NCBI GenBank assembly: GCA_963755125.1
Contig: CAVWIP010000012.1
Span: forward strand, 128,001 to 192,000
Length of the DNA stretch: 64,000 bases
Direction: 5' to 3'
Origin: an uncultured delta proteobacterium
GTDB lineage: Bacteria; Myxococcota_A; Polyangia; Fen-1088
Below are positions 9,379 through 18,323 of this stretch, piece after piece (within the stretch, counting starts at the first letter, position 1; each line of letters starts with the position of its first letter). The notes under the pieces are model-generated. The model saw only the letters and a program-made list of their open reading frames with translations, was not told where the DNA came from and did no database searches. Made by a program: the position numbers and the translations under genes.

Positions 9379-10731
9379 CTAGTCTCGTCGCGCGCCTGCG
9401 TCCTTGCGCGCAGCCAGGTGCGCGCGCCAACGGGCGCGCCGCTCGTGCTTGAGGCGCAGCTTCTTCGACTGCATGGCCAGTTCGTGCGCCACCGTGTCCT
9501 GCGGCGGAATCACCAGCTCGGGCCCGAGAATGGGAGCGGGATCGATGGCATCGCCCTTGACGTGAATCTCCAGGTGAAGGTGACTGCCCGAGGACTTGAC
9601 TCCCGAGCGGCCGACCGCGCCCAAGCAGTCGCCCGCCTTCACCCGGTCGTTGATGTGAACCCGGTAGGACGACAGGTGCATGTAGCAGGAAAAGATCCCC
9701 TCGCCATGGCGGACGCACACGAACAGGCCACCCGGTCCCAGCGGGGGACGCGGGGTCTGCGCCAGATCCTCGGGCGGCACGGGCTGCGGCCGCACCCGCC
9801 CGGGCAAATCGAAACCGGCGAACCAAACCACCCCGTCGGCCAGGCTGCCCACCGGCTCGCCGGTGGTGGCGTCGATGTCCAGGCCACGGTGGGCGCGCGC
9901 CCCGTCGTCGCGATCCTCACCGGGGCCGCTGGGCGCCACGCGCGGCGTGCCCCCCAAGGGCGACACCACGGCGATTCCCAGCGGCGTCGGATGCGGCGCC
10001 GGGCGTGTGTCCAGGTAGCGCTCGATCAGCCGTCGCCGGGCGACTAGCGCCCGATCTTCGCCGCCCGTGCCGCGCACGACATCGCCCCAGCCGAAGTGGG
10101 CCACCGCGCTCCGGTGCGGCACCGATCCCGGGAAAGCCTGGTCGATGGCCGGGTGTTGATCCTGCCACATGCCCAGAAGAGCCGCCCCCACCCGCAGGTG
10201 ATGACCCGGCTCTTTGAGCAGCATGGGATTGAGCCCGCCGCGTGGCAATGGCCGCGTCTTCTCCGCCCAGGCGTCGCCCTCTCGCACTCGATAAACCAAT
10301 GTCGAGCCGCGCACATTGGCCGCGTACATGCTCGGCTGGAGCTGCAACAACCCGACGCCGAACGCAGTCTGCAGCAGAGGGTTGCAGCGACTGGCCCGAT
10401 ACACCAGCGCACCGAGCAGAAACGGGTCCACGTCCGCCTCGACCGCGGCCTCGCGCACCTCGTCGGCAATGTGGCCGATGGCGCGCGCCGTGGCCATGCC
10501 CTCGCACATGGCAAGCAGGGCCGCCCGGAAGCGAGCCCCATCAGGTGGGCCGGACGGCGACGCGGGCTCGGCGGGCCAGCGCCGGATGTCCTTCAATTCG
10601 TGTACGCCGGGCCGCAAGCCGTCCTCGCTGCGACGCCGGCGTGCAGGCCAAGGCGTTCCGGCCGCCAAAGCCAGCACCTCAGTCGCAAGCAAGGCGACTG
10701 AGGTGAAAGCCGAAAGCCGGAGCAGGACCAC
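9379..10731 (-). CDS. M23 metallopeptidase with N-terminal SLT/lysozyme-like domain
   Basis: M23 motifs HRGLD, YMHL and HLHLE; SLT-like VDPFLLGALVYRASRCNP...GVGLLQL...LRVGA. Confidence 0.8.
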   Translation of the reverse strand: MVLLRLSAFTSVALLATEVLALAAGTPWPARRRRSEDGLRPGVHELKDIRRWPAEPASPSGPPDGARFRAALLAMCEGMATARAIGHIADEVREAAVEADVDPFLLGALVYRASRCNPLLQTAFGVGLLQLQPSMYAANVRGSTLVYRVREGDAWAEKTRPLPRGGLNPMLLKEPGHHLRVGAALLGMWQDQHPAIDQAFPGSVPHRSAVAHFGWGDVVRGTGGEDRALVARRRLIERYLDTRPAPHPTPLGIAVVSPLGGTPRVAPSGPGEDRDDGARAHRGLDIDATTGEPVGSLADGVVWFAGFDLPGRVRPQPVPPEDLAQTPRPPLGPGGLFVCVRHGEGIFSCYMHLSSYRVHINDRVKAGDCLGAVGRSGVKSSGSHLHLEIHVKGDAIDPAPILGPELVIPPQDTVAHELAMQSKKLRLKHERRARWRAHLAARKDAGARRD

Positions 10732-10873
10732 GGATCGAACATTATAGGGGTCCGATCGCCGCTGTTGAAGCCAAGTCGACCTCCGGTTAGGCTCGTCTCT
10801 GCGTGTGGCGGTGGCGCGCCCGGACGCGAGGCCGATACTAGCCTAGGCAGAAACCCTGAACCTCGGAGGATCC

Positions 10874-13129
10874 ATGCGCAGAATGGCTCGCTTCCTGGTG
10901 GTTTTGCTGGCCGGCGTGGCGCTGCTGGCCTACCTCGGCTCGACCGCCGTCCAGAAGACTACGCGCCGCTGGTCCGAGGCTGACATCGCCCAGCGCACAG
11001 CCGCGCTTGCCGAGAAGAACCAGCCGGTGTTGCTGGCGCGCTGGACTGCGGGCGCGCACGAGGCGCTGGAAGCCATGCTGAACAATCTGGCCCGCGACGA
11101 GCGCATCACGGCAGTTGGCGCCTGCGACCAGAACAACCAACTTTTGGCCAGCACGCCCGCGTTTCCCCGTGAGCTTGCTTGCGCCGAGGTGAGACAGCGC
11201 ATGGCCGGCGAGCGCGAGGGCCAGCCCGCGGGGCCCGGGCTGGTCTGGGGCACCAACTGGTCCTTGCCCGGCGGCAACGTTTACCTCAGCGCCGTGCCGG
11301 TCGTGCGCGACGGCACCTCGCTTGGCCTGTTGCTGCTGGTGCACGATCTTTCCTTCGTCGAGCGACGAGACTCGCGCCTGCGCCAGCTTTTGCTCATGGT
11401 GTTCGCCGGCCTCGCCCTTTGCGCGGCGGCGATCACCGCGATCGCCGCGCGGCTTTCGTGGCGTGGCTTCCGCAAGGAACTGCGCCGCTTCATCCTGGGT
11501 GAATCGCGCCGCAAGGAATTTCTGCCCATCGTGGCCGACGTGCGGGAGCTGGTCGAACGCATCGCCGCCGAGCGCGAGATGGACGGGCCGTCCACCGCGT
11601 GGAACCCGCAACACCTCAAGCAGGCCTTGGTGCGCCACTTCCCCGGCGAAAGAGTGATCGTTCTGGCCAACCGCGAGCCCTACATCCACGAACGCGGCAG
11701 CGACGGCGCGATCCAGGTTCGCCATCCCGCCAGCGGCCTGGTCGCCGCGGTCGAGCCCGCCTTGCGCGCCTGCTCGGGCGTGTGGATCGCCCACGGCAGC
11801 GGCTCCGCCGATCGTGCGGTGGTGGACAGCAAGGACCACGTGCGCGTGCCGCCCGGCGAGGAATCGTATGTCCTGCGCCGGGTGTGGCTGTCCGAGCAGG
11901 AAGAGCGCGGCTACTACTACGGCCTGGCCAACGAGGGCCTGTGGCCGCTCTGCCACCTGGCCCACGCGCGGCCCATCTTCCGCAGCACCGACTGGGCCAG
12001 CTACGAAGCCGTCAATCGCCGTTTCGCCGACGCCGTGTGCGACGAGGCCGAGGGCGAGGATCCCGTGGTGCTGGTGCAGGACTATCACTTCGCCCTGGTG
12101 CCGCGCCTGGTGCGCGAGCGACGGCCGCGCGCCACCATCATCACCTTCTGGCACATCCCGTGGCCCAACGGCGAGCACTTCGGCATCTGCCCCTGGCGCG
12201 CCCAGATCCTGCAGGGAATGCTCGGCAGCAGCATCATGGGCTTCCACACGCGCCAGCACTGCAACAACTTCCTCGACTCGGTGGATCGCTATCTGGAGGC
12301 GCGCATCGACCGGGAACAGAACGCGGTGGTGCAGCACGGACGCGCGACCCTGGTGCGGCCCTACCCCATTTCCATCGAGTGGCCGAGTCGTTGGGTCGCC
12401 AGCGCGCCGCCGGTGGCCGAGTGTCGCAGCAGCGTGCGCAAGGAGCTGGGGCTGCGGGAGGATGCCCTGCTCGGCCTGGGGGTGGATCGGCTCGACTACA
12501 CCAAGGGCATCGAGGAACGTCTGCTGGCCGTCGAGCGTTTCCTGGAGCGCTTCCCCAGCTACGCCGGTCGCTTCAGCTTCGTACAGATGGCGGCGCCCAG
12601 CCGGACCCTGATCGAGCGCTACCGTCAACTCGATGAGACGGTGGAGCGAACCGCGGCGCGCATCAACCAGCGCTTCGGCGAGGGCGCCTATCAGCCCATC
12701 ATTCTTCTGCGTGCCCACCACGAGCCACCCCAGGTCTTTCGTTACTATCGCGCCGCTGACCTGTGCTACGTCAGCAGCTTGCACGACGGCATGAACCTGG
12801 TGGCCAAGGAATTCGCGGCGGCGCGCGACGACGAACACGGCGTGCTGCTGTTGAGCCAGTTCACCGGCGCCGCGCGCGAGATGTCCGAAGCGCTGGTGGT
12901 CAACCCCTACGACTTGGAAGAAGCCAGCGCCGCCATGGCGCGAGCCCTGGCCATGCCCCCTGAAGAGCAGCGCGAGCGCATGCGCGCCATGCGCGCCTTT
13001 CTGGCCGAGTTCAACGTCTACCGCTGGGCCGGCCGCATGCTGATGGACGCGGCCCGTTTGCGCCGCAAGGGAAGCATCTTGAGCCGCAGCGGCGACGAGG
13101 GTTCGAGAATGCCCGGCCTGATGAAATGA
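10874..13129 (+). CDS. otsA: Trehalose-6-phosphate synthase (GT20) with N-terminal membrane-anchored extracytoplasmic domain
   Basis: [44 protein letters not shown] and [10 protein letters not shown]; two TM segments in the first 200 aa. Confidence 0.93.
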   Translation: MRRMARFLVVLLAGVALLAYLGSTAVQKTTRRWSEADIAQRTAALAEKNQPVLLARWTAGAHEALEAMLNNLARDERITAVGACDQNNQLLASTPAFPRELACAEVRQRMAGEREGQPAGPGLVWGTNWSLPGGNVYLSAVPVVRDGTSLGLLLLVHDLSFVERRDSRLRQLLLMVFAGLALCAAAITAIAARLSWRGFRKELRRFILGESRRKEFLPIVADVRELVERIAAEREMDGPSTAWNPQHLKQALVRHFPGERVIVLANREPYIHERGSDGAIQVRHPASGLVAAVEPALRACSGVWIAHGSGSADRAVVDSKDHVRVPPGEESYVLRRVWLSEQEERGYYYGLANEGLWPLCHLAHARPIFRSTDWASYEAVNRRFADAVCDEAEGEDPVVLVQDYHFALVPRLVRERRPRATIITFWHIPWPNGEHFGICPWRAQILQGMLGSSIMGFHTRQHCNNFLDSVDRYLEARIDREQNAVVQHGRATLVRPYPISIEWPSRWVASAPPVAECRSSVRKELGLREDALLGLGVDRLDYTKGIEERLLAVERFLERFPSYAGRFSFVQMAAPSRTLIERYRQLDETVERTAARINQRFGEGAYQPIILLRAHHEPPQVFRYYRAADLCYVSSLHDGMNLVAKEFAAARDDEHGVLLLSQFTGAAREMSEALVVNPYDLEEASAAMARALAMPPEEQRERMRAMRAFLAEFNVYRWAGRMLMDAARLRRKGSILSRSGDEGSRMPGLMK

Positions 13130-13878
13130 AGTCACTCCTCGCCCCGCAAAATCGCGCGGTCCTGCGCCGTCTGGCCCGCGGTCGTGTGCTGCTGGCTTTT
13201 GACTTCGACGGCACCCTGGCGCCCATCGTCGCGGATCCGGCGGCCGCGCGCCTGCGGCCGCAAACCCGCCGGTTGTTGACGGACGTGGCTCGCAAATATC
13301 CCTGCATCGTGATCTCCGGTCGCAACCGCTCCGATGTGGTCCGCCGCGTGACTGGAATTCCATTGCGGCAGGTGTTCGGCAACCACGGCATTGAGCCGTC
13401 GCCTGCATTGTCCGCGGGACGAAAGGCGATCCGACGCTGGCTTGCCACTGTGAAGCCACGGCTTGAGGGCGCACCCGGAATCGTCTTTGACAACAAAGGC
13501 GCAACTTTGGCCATTCATTACCGCAAGTCGCGCAATCGGCCGGCGGCACTGAAGGCAATTTTGGCCGCCACTGCCGATCTGACTGAAGCGCGTGTACTGC
13601 GGGGAATTCTCGTTGTGGATTTATTGCCGGCGCGGGCGCCCAATAAGGCCGTTGCCCTGCAATCAGAATTGCGCCGGCTCCACTGTCAGTCGGCTTTGTA
13701 TTTGGGCGACGACCAGACCGACGAGGATGTGTTCGCGCTCAGCCGCCGCCTGCCCTTGCTAGCCGTGCGCGTGGGCCGAAGAACGCGCAGCCTTGCCCCG
13801 TACTATTTGCGCAGTCAAGGCGACGTGGATGCGCTGCTGGCTGCGTTGCTGGATCAGTCCCAGACTGCGCGACCGTAG
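13126..13878 (+). CDS. otsB: Trehalose-6-phosphate phosphatase (HAD family)
   Basis: DFDGTLAPI, ISGR, GNHG, HYR and GDDQTDEDVF; ATGA overlap with otsA. Confidence 0.93.
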   Translation: MKSLLAPQNRAVLRRLARGRVLLAFDFDGTLAPIVADPAAARLRPQTRRLLTDVARKYPCIVISGRNRSDVVRRVTGIPLRQVFGNHGIEPSPALSAGRKAIRRWLATVKPRLEGAPGIVFDNKGATLAIHYRKSRNRPAALKAILAATADLTEARVLRGILVVDLLPARAPNKAVALQSELRRLHCQSALYLGDDQTDEDVFALSRRLPLLAVRVGRRTRSLAPYYLRSQGDVDALLAALLDQSQTARP

Positions 13879-14240
13879 TTCCGCCGGATCGATCGGTCTT
13901 TGGTCAATAGGGTGGCCCCATACAGTGCCGCGTGCGCCACGATGACCCGGTCGAACGGATCGCGCGTCCAACCCAAGTCCATGGCGGCCGCCGCCACCGC
14001 CGAGAAGTCCCCTTCCGCCTGGACGAGTCCCAGCTTGCGCGCAAGATCCGAGAGGACGACGCCGGCGTTTTCCGAAATGCGGCCGACCTCGTGAAGGTAT
14101 TGCACCTCGAGCGCCACCATGGGCGAAATACGCAACTCCTCCCGGTCCAGTCGGCGCCGGGCGGCCGGCGAGAAACGGCGCAAGTCGCCAGCGTACAGCC
14201 ACACCACGACGTGGGTGTCGAGGTGGATCACGGTCGCCAC
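13854..14240 (-). CDS. PIN-domain toxin (VapC-like)
   Basis: HLDTHVVVW, ISPMVALE, RDPFDRVIVAHA and LLTKD; overlaps its upstream antitoxin gene. Confidence 0.88.
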   Translation of the reverse strand: MATVIHLDTHVVVWLYAGDLRRFSPAARRRLDREELRISPMVALEVQYLHEVGRISENAGVVLSDLARKLGLVQAEGDFSAVAAAAMDLGWTRDPFDRVIVAHAALYGATLLTKDRSIRRNYGRAVWD

Positions 14241-14482
14241 TCATGCGACCAGTCAAGGTGTACCAGTTCCTCTGGATTGCCCTTGATGAAGTCGGGGCGG
14301 GCCACCAGACGATCGAGCCGGCCAGCCGGTTTGCCCGCTACAATGCGCAGCGTTCGACCCCGCCGCTGGACCACCGCCGGAACCCCGGTTTCGAGCACGC
14401 CGTCGAGCACCCGGTATACGTCCGCGCGCAAGCGCGACGCGGTCAGCTTGCCGGCTGGCATCTTTCGCACTGTTGCTTTCAT
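14228..14482 (-). CDS. Phd/YefM-like antitoxin
   Basis: LTASRLRADVYRVLDGVLETGVPAVVQRRGR; 84 aa; directly upstream of the PIN gene. Confidence 0.8.
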   Translation of the reverse strand: MKATVRKMPAGKLTASRLRADVYRVLDGVLETGVPAVVQRRGRTLRIVAGKPAGRLDRLVARPDFIKGNPEELVHLDWSHEWRP

Positions 14483-14516
14483 GCGTACGTATCAGGTTGC
14501 CATGACACGTACGTAT
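14481..14516. promoter_or_regulatory. Paired palindromes upstream of the antitoxin (candidate autoregulatory operator)
   Basis: cgtacgtat at 14484-14492 and 14508-14516, 24 bp apart, each containing the palindrome cgtacg. Confidence 0.5.
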
Positions 14517-14547
14517 GTGCAAGTCTTGAGGGCCAGTCTGGAGGGCT

Positions 14548-15405
14548 ATGATGGATGAGGTTCATCTGCAGCAGATCTCAGCGCACGTCTATGCGCGCGT
14601 CGGCGTGACGAACGCGTCGCCCCTGACCAACAGCTTCGGCGCGAACACGGGCGTGGTGATCGGCCGTGATGCGGCCCTGGTCGTCGACACATTGATGTCC
14701 GCCACGGAGGGCGGCCAACTGCTGTCCGCCGTTCGCAAGATCACCGACAAGCCGCTTCGCTACGCGGTGAACACGCACCATCACATGGACCACAGTTGGG
14801 GCAACTGCATCTTCGCTGCGGCCGGTGCCACGGTCATCGGACACGAGTACACCCGCCAAGCCCTGTACGAGCCCGCCAATGGCCTGGCCCGGGCGCAACG
14901 CTATCGCATTCCCGCAGAGAGCCTGGCCGGCACTGTCATCGTGCCCCCATCGCTGACTTTTCGTCACGATCTGCGCCTGGATCTCGGCGGCGTCAGCGTC
15001 GAACTGGACTATCCAGGACCGACCCACACCGCCGGCAGCATCACCGCCAAGGTCCGCGAAGACGACGTTGTATTCAGTGGGGACATCTTGTTCACCAACT
15101 ACCACGTGACCATGATCGACGGCGATGTTGCCAACTGGTGCCGGGTGCTGCGCGCTCTGCAGGGTACAGCGCCGCGAGCCATCGTGCCTGGCCACGGCCC
15201 GCTCTCGTCCGTCGCCGATCTGCAGTCGATGGAGGAGTACCTTCGCGTGTTCGACGAGCAGGCCACCCGCCTGTGTGCCGGCAAGACCGCTGCCGACGCC
15301 GACGCCATCGCACAAGAGCTTTCGGCCGTCCTGCCCGGCCCCCAGCGCACCGAGTTGCCGTTCATTGTCGCCGCCAACCTGCGCGTCCGGTACTTGCCCA
15401 AGTAG
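14548..15405 (+). CDS. MBL-fold metallo-hydrolase (cyclase-like)
   Basis: NTHHHMDHSWGN, HT.G, FSGDI and VPGHG. Confidence 0.9.
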   Translation: MMDEVHLQQISAHVYARVGVTNASPLTNSFGANTGVVIGRDAALVVDTLMSATEGGQLLSAVRKITDKPLRYAVNTHHHMDHSWGNCIFAAAGATVIGHEYTRQALYEPANGLARAQRYRIPAESLAGTVIVPPSLTFRHDLRLDLGGVSVELDYPGPTHTAGSITAKVREDDVVFSGDILFTNYHVTMIDGDVANWCRVLRALQGTAPRAIVPGHGPLSSVADLQSMEEYLRVFDEQATRLCAGKTAADADAIAQELSAVLPGPQRTELPFIVAANLRVRYLPK

Positions 15406-15652
15406 GACGATCAAGCCTCGGATGCGTCCCGTGGTGGAGCGCGAGGCGATCGATGTCGCCTAGCACCCGCGATTGGCGGCTTTATGCGATCGAGAGGGCG
15501 GTTCGCGGCCTGCTCGCGTAGCCGTCCACCCGCCCTTACCGGCGCGCACGGTTCAGGGGGACTCTCATGCCCGCTGCCACGATGCCAGCCTTGCTTCGTC
15601 GGCCTTTCCGCGCTACCCCCAATTTGCACTCACTTCTTCGGGAGCATGACAC

Positions 15653-15997
15653 ATGCGGCTAGAAGCGACTCTTCCAGATTCTCGGGGCGACGCCCTGGTC
15701 AAGCTCGCGGACGAATTGGGCCTGACCCGAAGCCAGGTCGTGGATGAGGCTGTGGGCCTCTTCCTGAAAGCCGTCCTGGAGATCCGGCGAGGCAGGCGGC
15801 TGGTAACAGTGGACGCGGTGACGCCGGGACCCCTGTGCGAGATGGCGACGCCGACGTTGGCCACGCTCGAATGGACGACGAATGCAGAGCCGATCAGGCT
15901 ATCGGCGTCAGCCGTGGTCAAGATGCAGCGGCTCGTGGCGGCTCCGCGCAAGCCAGGTGCCCGGTTGCGTTCCGCAGCTCGACGCCACGCCAAATGA
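15653..15997 (+). CDS. Probable antitoxin (RHH-like N-terminus, DUF1778-like C-terminus) of a GNAT toxin-antitoxin pair
   Basis: LADELGLTRSQVVDEAV; C-terminal IRLSASAVVKMQRLVAAPRKPGARLR; ATGA overlap with a GNAT-toxin-like start. Confidence 0.65.
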   Translation: MRLEATLPDSRGDALVKLADELGLTRSQVVDEAVGLFLKAVLEIRRGRRLVTVDAVTPGPLCEMATPTLATLEWTTNAEPIRLSASAVVKMQRLVAAPRKPGARLRSAARRHAK

Positions 15998-16101
15998 ACA
16001 CGCCCGAGACCACGCCGTACCAGGTGACACGTCTTGACCCAGCCGATATCGCGGCTGGCTTTCGCTGCGGCAAGCATCCGCTCGACGACTTCTTCGCTCG
16101 T
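15994..16101 (+). pseudogene. Truncated GNAT-family toxin (N-terminal 36 codons only)
   Basis: MNTPETTPYQVTRLDPADIAAGFRCGKHPLDDFFAR matches the FxCG..LD.F start of AtaT/TacT-type toxins, then runs out of frame into a duplicated gene end. Confidence 0.75.
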
Positions 16102-16236
16102 TTCCAGAAACCATCCCCGTCATCCTGGAATCGATCGTCAGTGCCGAGTTCATCGACGACGAGATCGAAGCCGCGCACGAGGCCCTGGCGATAGGCGGTC
16201 CGCGGTCGCGGGTGCGAAGGCGACGGTCAGGCGCGA
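16102..16236 (+). repeat. 135-bp direct repeat of 16942-17076 (3' end of the downstream TIM-barrel gene)
   Basis: Offset 840 bp; 8 mismatches counted by eye. Confidence 0.95.
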
Positions 16237-16343
16237 CCATCTAGATCGGTGTGACATCCGGCCTGACATGCTTCTTGTGACAATGGCTTTTTCTTCGATG
16301 GCGACGCCGACCTTGCTAAGCTGACCAGACACGACGGGGTTTT

Positions 16344-17099
16344 TTGATGCGGCTTGTAGGATTCTCCACCGGTGCCCTGGCTTTCGCAGATTTTCGGCGA
16401 GGGCTGCAGATGCTGCGAGGGACTGGCGCCAGGGCGGTGGAGCTTTCTGCTTTGCGTGCGGCAGAGTTGGATCCGCTGATCGAGTCGCTTGACTCCTTGG
16501 ATCTGGACCAGTTTTCGTTCAAGTCGGTCCACGCACCATCGAACGTGGATGCCCAGCACGAGCGGCACGTGGTGGAAAAGCTGCAGGCGGTTGCCCAGCG
16601 TGGCTGGCCCATCGTGGTTCACCCCGACTCCATTCACGACGATGCCCTGTGGCGGCCGCTCGGCAAGCTGGTCTGCATCGAGAACATGGACAAGCGAAAG
16701 CCCATCGCCCGCACGCGGGACGAGCTGTGCGCGTGGTTCGACCGGCTGCCCGAGGCATCCTTGTGCCTGGATCTCGCGCACGTCCGACAGATCGATCCCA
16801 CCATGACCGAGGCCTACCTGATTCTGCGCGACCTCGGGAATCGCGTGGCCGAGGTGCACCTGAGCGAGGTCAACGCCGCGAGCAAGCACGAACCCATTTC
16901 CTACGGCGCCACGCTGGCCTTTCAACAAGTGGCCTCGATGATTCCAGAGACCATCCCCGTCATCCTGGAATCGATCGTCAGCGCCGAGTTCATCGACGAC
17001 GAGATCGAAGCCGCGCACGAGGCCCTGGCGACAGGTGGTCCGCGGCCGCGGGTGCGAAGGCGCCGGTCGGGCGTGATGGCCAAGCCGGTTCACGCGTAG
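16344..17099 (+). CDS. Hypothetical protein, probable xylose-isomerase/AP-endonuclease-2-like TIM barrel
   Basis: GFSTGAL, VELS, VHAP, VVHPD, IENMD, CLDLAHV, VHLSE and ILES metal-ligand pattern. Confidence 0.7.
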   Translation: MMRLVGFSTGALAFADFRRGLQMLRGTGARAVELSALRAAELDPLIESLDSLDLDQFSFKSVHAPSNVDAQHERHVVEKLQAVAQRGWPIVVHPDSIHDDALWRPLGKLVCIENMDKRKPIARTRDELCAWFDRLPEASLCLDLAHVRQIDPTMTEAYLILRDLGNRVAEVHLSEVNAASKHEPISYGATLAFQQVASMIPETIPVILESIVSAEFIDDEIEAAHEALATGGPRPRVRRRRSGVMAKPVHA

Positions 17100-17139
17100 G
17101 TCGCTGCCCGCGCTGGCTGTCGGCGCCTTGCCAGCAGGT

Positions 17140-17358
17140 TCAATGCCTGGGCAGCCGCCGCGCCTTGCCGGCGGGCTTGAGCTGCGACCTGAGCGCATCG
17201 TTGACGGCTCTCGACATCTTGAACGCCTCCGCGACGTCAGAGGCGAGGACCACGACATTCGTGCCGCGGGCGAAATGCGCAGCGTATTTTCCACGGACGC
17301 CGCCCGAAAAATCATACTCGGGCCGCATCTCGTCGCTGTCCTGCTTCTGCAAAACCAC
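17140..17358 (-). CDS. BrnA-like antitoxin with no cognate toxin gene adjacent
   Basis: DEMRPEYDFSGGVRGKYA...VVLASDVAEAF...AVNDALR. Confidence 0.75.
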   Translation of the reverse strand: MVLQKQDSDEMRPEYDFSGGVRGKYAAHFARGTNVVVLASDVAEAFKMSRAVNDALRSQLKPAGKARRLPRH

Positions 17359-17361
17359 CGG

Positions 17362-17838
17362 CTATCCCGCCGACTTCCAAGACGAGTCGCGATCCAGCCT
17401 GATCGGAGCTGGCTTCTTGTCTGCCCGCTCAGCAAGCAGCTCCTTGAGCGGATAGAACTGCGCGGGCTGCTGATTGACGACCATCAGGCGCAAGAATCTT
17501 TCTGCGCTCTGTGAGATGGGAACCTTGTCGTTTTCCCACTTGGACATCCATTCCGGGCCAACGGAAAGCGCGCTGGCCGCTTCGGCGCCGGAGTATCCAA
17601 GATACTTCCTGAGAAATCGAATCTCGCTCCCGCGCAGCCGCGATTTTCCCTGCGCCACGATTAGGGCCAAGACACGATGAAGTTCCTCGATCTTCGGAAT
17701 CACGACCTCGCACTCGCCACAGTCTTTGCAGCGGAGGACCTCAACGTTGACCAAGGTGACATAGTCCAGCCCGCAGGCGGTGTACTTGAAATTCTCTCGC
17801 CTGCTGGACATCTTGCTTCCGCAGTTCGAGCAAGTCAT
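17362..17838 (-). CDS. MqsA-like antitoxin (zinc ribbon plus XRE HTH)
   Basis: CSNC...CKDCGE zinc finger; LRGSEIRFLRKYLG...SKWEND HTH; ATG overlaps the upstream stop. Confidence 0.85.
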   Translation of the reverse strand: MTCSNCGSKMSSRRENFKYTACGLDYVTLVNVEVLRCKDCGECEVVIPKIEELHRVLALIVAQGKSRLRGSEIRFLRKYLGYSGAEAASALSVGPEWMSKWENDKVPISQSAERFLRLMVVNQQPAQFYPLKELLAERADKKPAPIRLDRDSSWKSAG

Positions 17839-18251
17839 GGCTTCTTCTTTCTCCATGCGGTTACTACTCGTAGACGTGTCTTTGAATGAATTTCGATCAC
17901 CACCAGCATTCGTTGTGTCTCGACGTGGTACCTCCAGGATCCCGACTTGTGCAGTTCGGGTTCCCTTTCAATCTTTCCGCACCGCAAGACGTTCGCGGCG
18001 TCTACGGTGTCCATCGAATCGTTTCTTAGCTCGCTCTCACAATGTGTCGTGTAGGAGACGGTCCCGTCTCGAAGTATCTCTTGGGCGAGCCTCTTGGCCT
18101 GGTAGCGATCAAGTTTCGTGCTTCTCAGATCATCTGTGCTTCTTAGATCATCGGATGATCTGAGATCAAGTTTAGATTCATCCTCGCTTTTGTACAGCTT
18201 TTTTGTCGTGGATTCCGCGGGTGGCTCTTTCTCGTCACGTTTATGCGGCAT
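17835..18251 (-). CDS. DUF4258-like (RelE-fold) putative toxin
   Basis: YTTHCESELRND.MDTVDAANVLRCGKI...WRYHVE...VVTAW; RBS aggggaaagg; upstream of the MqsA-like gene. Confidence 0.7.
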   Translation of the reverse strand: MPHKRDEKEPPAESTTKKLYKSEDESKLDLRSSDDLRSTDDLRSTKLDRYQAKRLAQEILRDGTVSYTTHCESELRNDSMDTVDAANVLRCGKIEREPELHKSGSWRYHVETQRMLVVIEIHSKTRLRVVTAWRKKKP

Positions 18252-18323
18252 CGTGAACCTTTCCCCTTGAAATCACAGCGGTAACGCTTTGGTTCCAAAT
18301 CTTCGACCCTGACGGCCAGCCCG

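Noticed and set aside
10838..13558. 906-aa minus-strand ORF
   Set aside because: Antisense shadow of otsA/otsB caused by high-GC codon bias; no recognisable motifs.
15841..16311. 15-bp direct repeat gatggcgacgccgac (15841-15855 and 16297-16311) as a possible att site
   Set aside because: Short and GC-rich, with no integrase or tRNA nearby; it could be chance or a remnant and cannot be supported.
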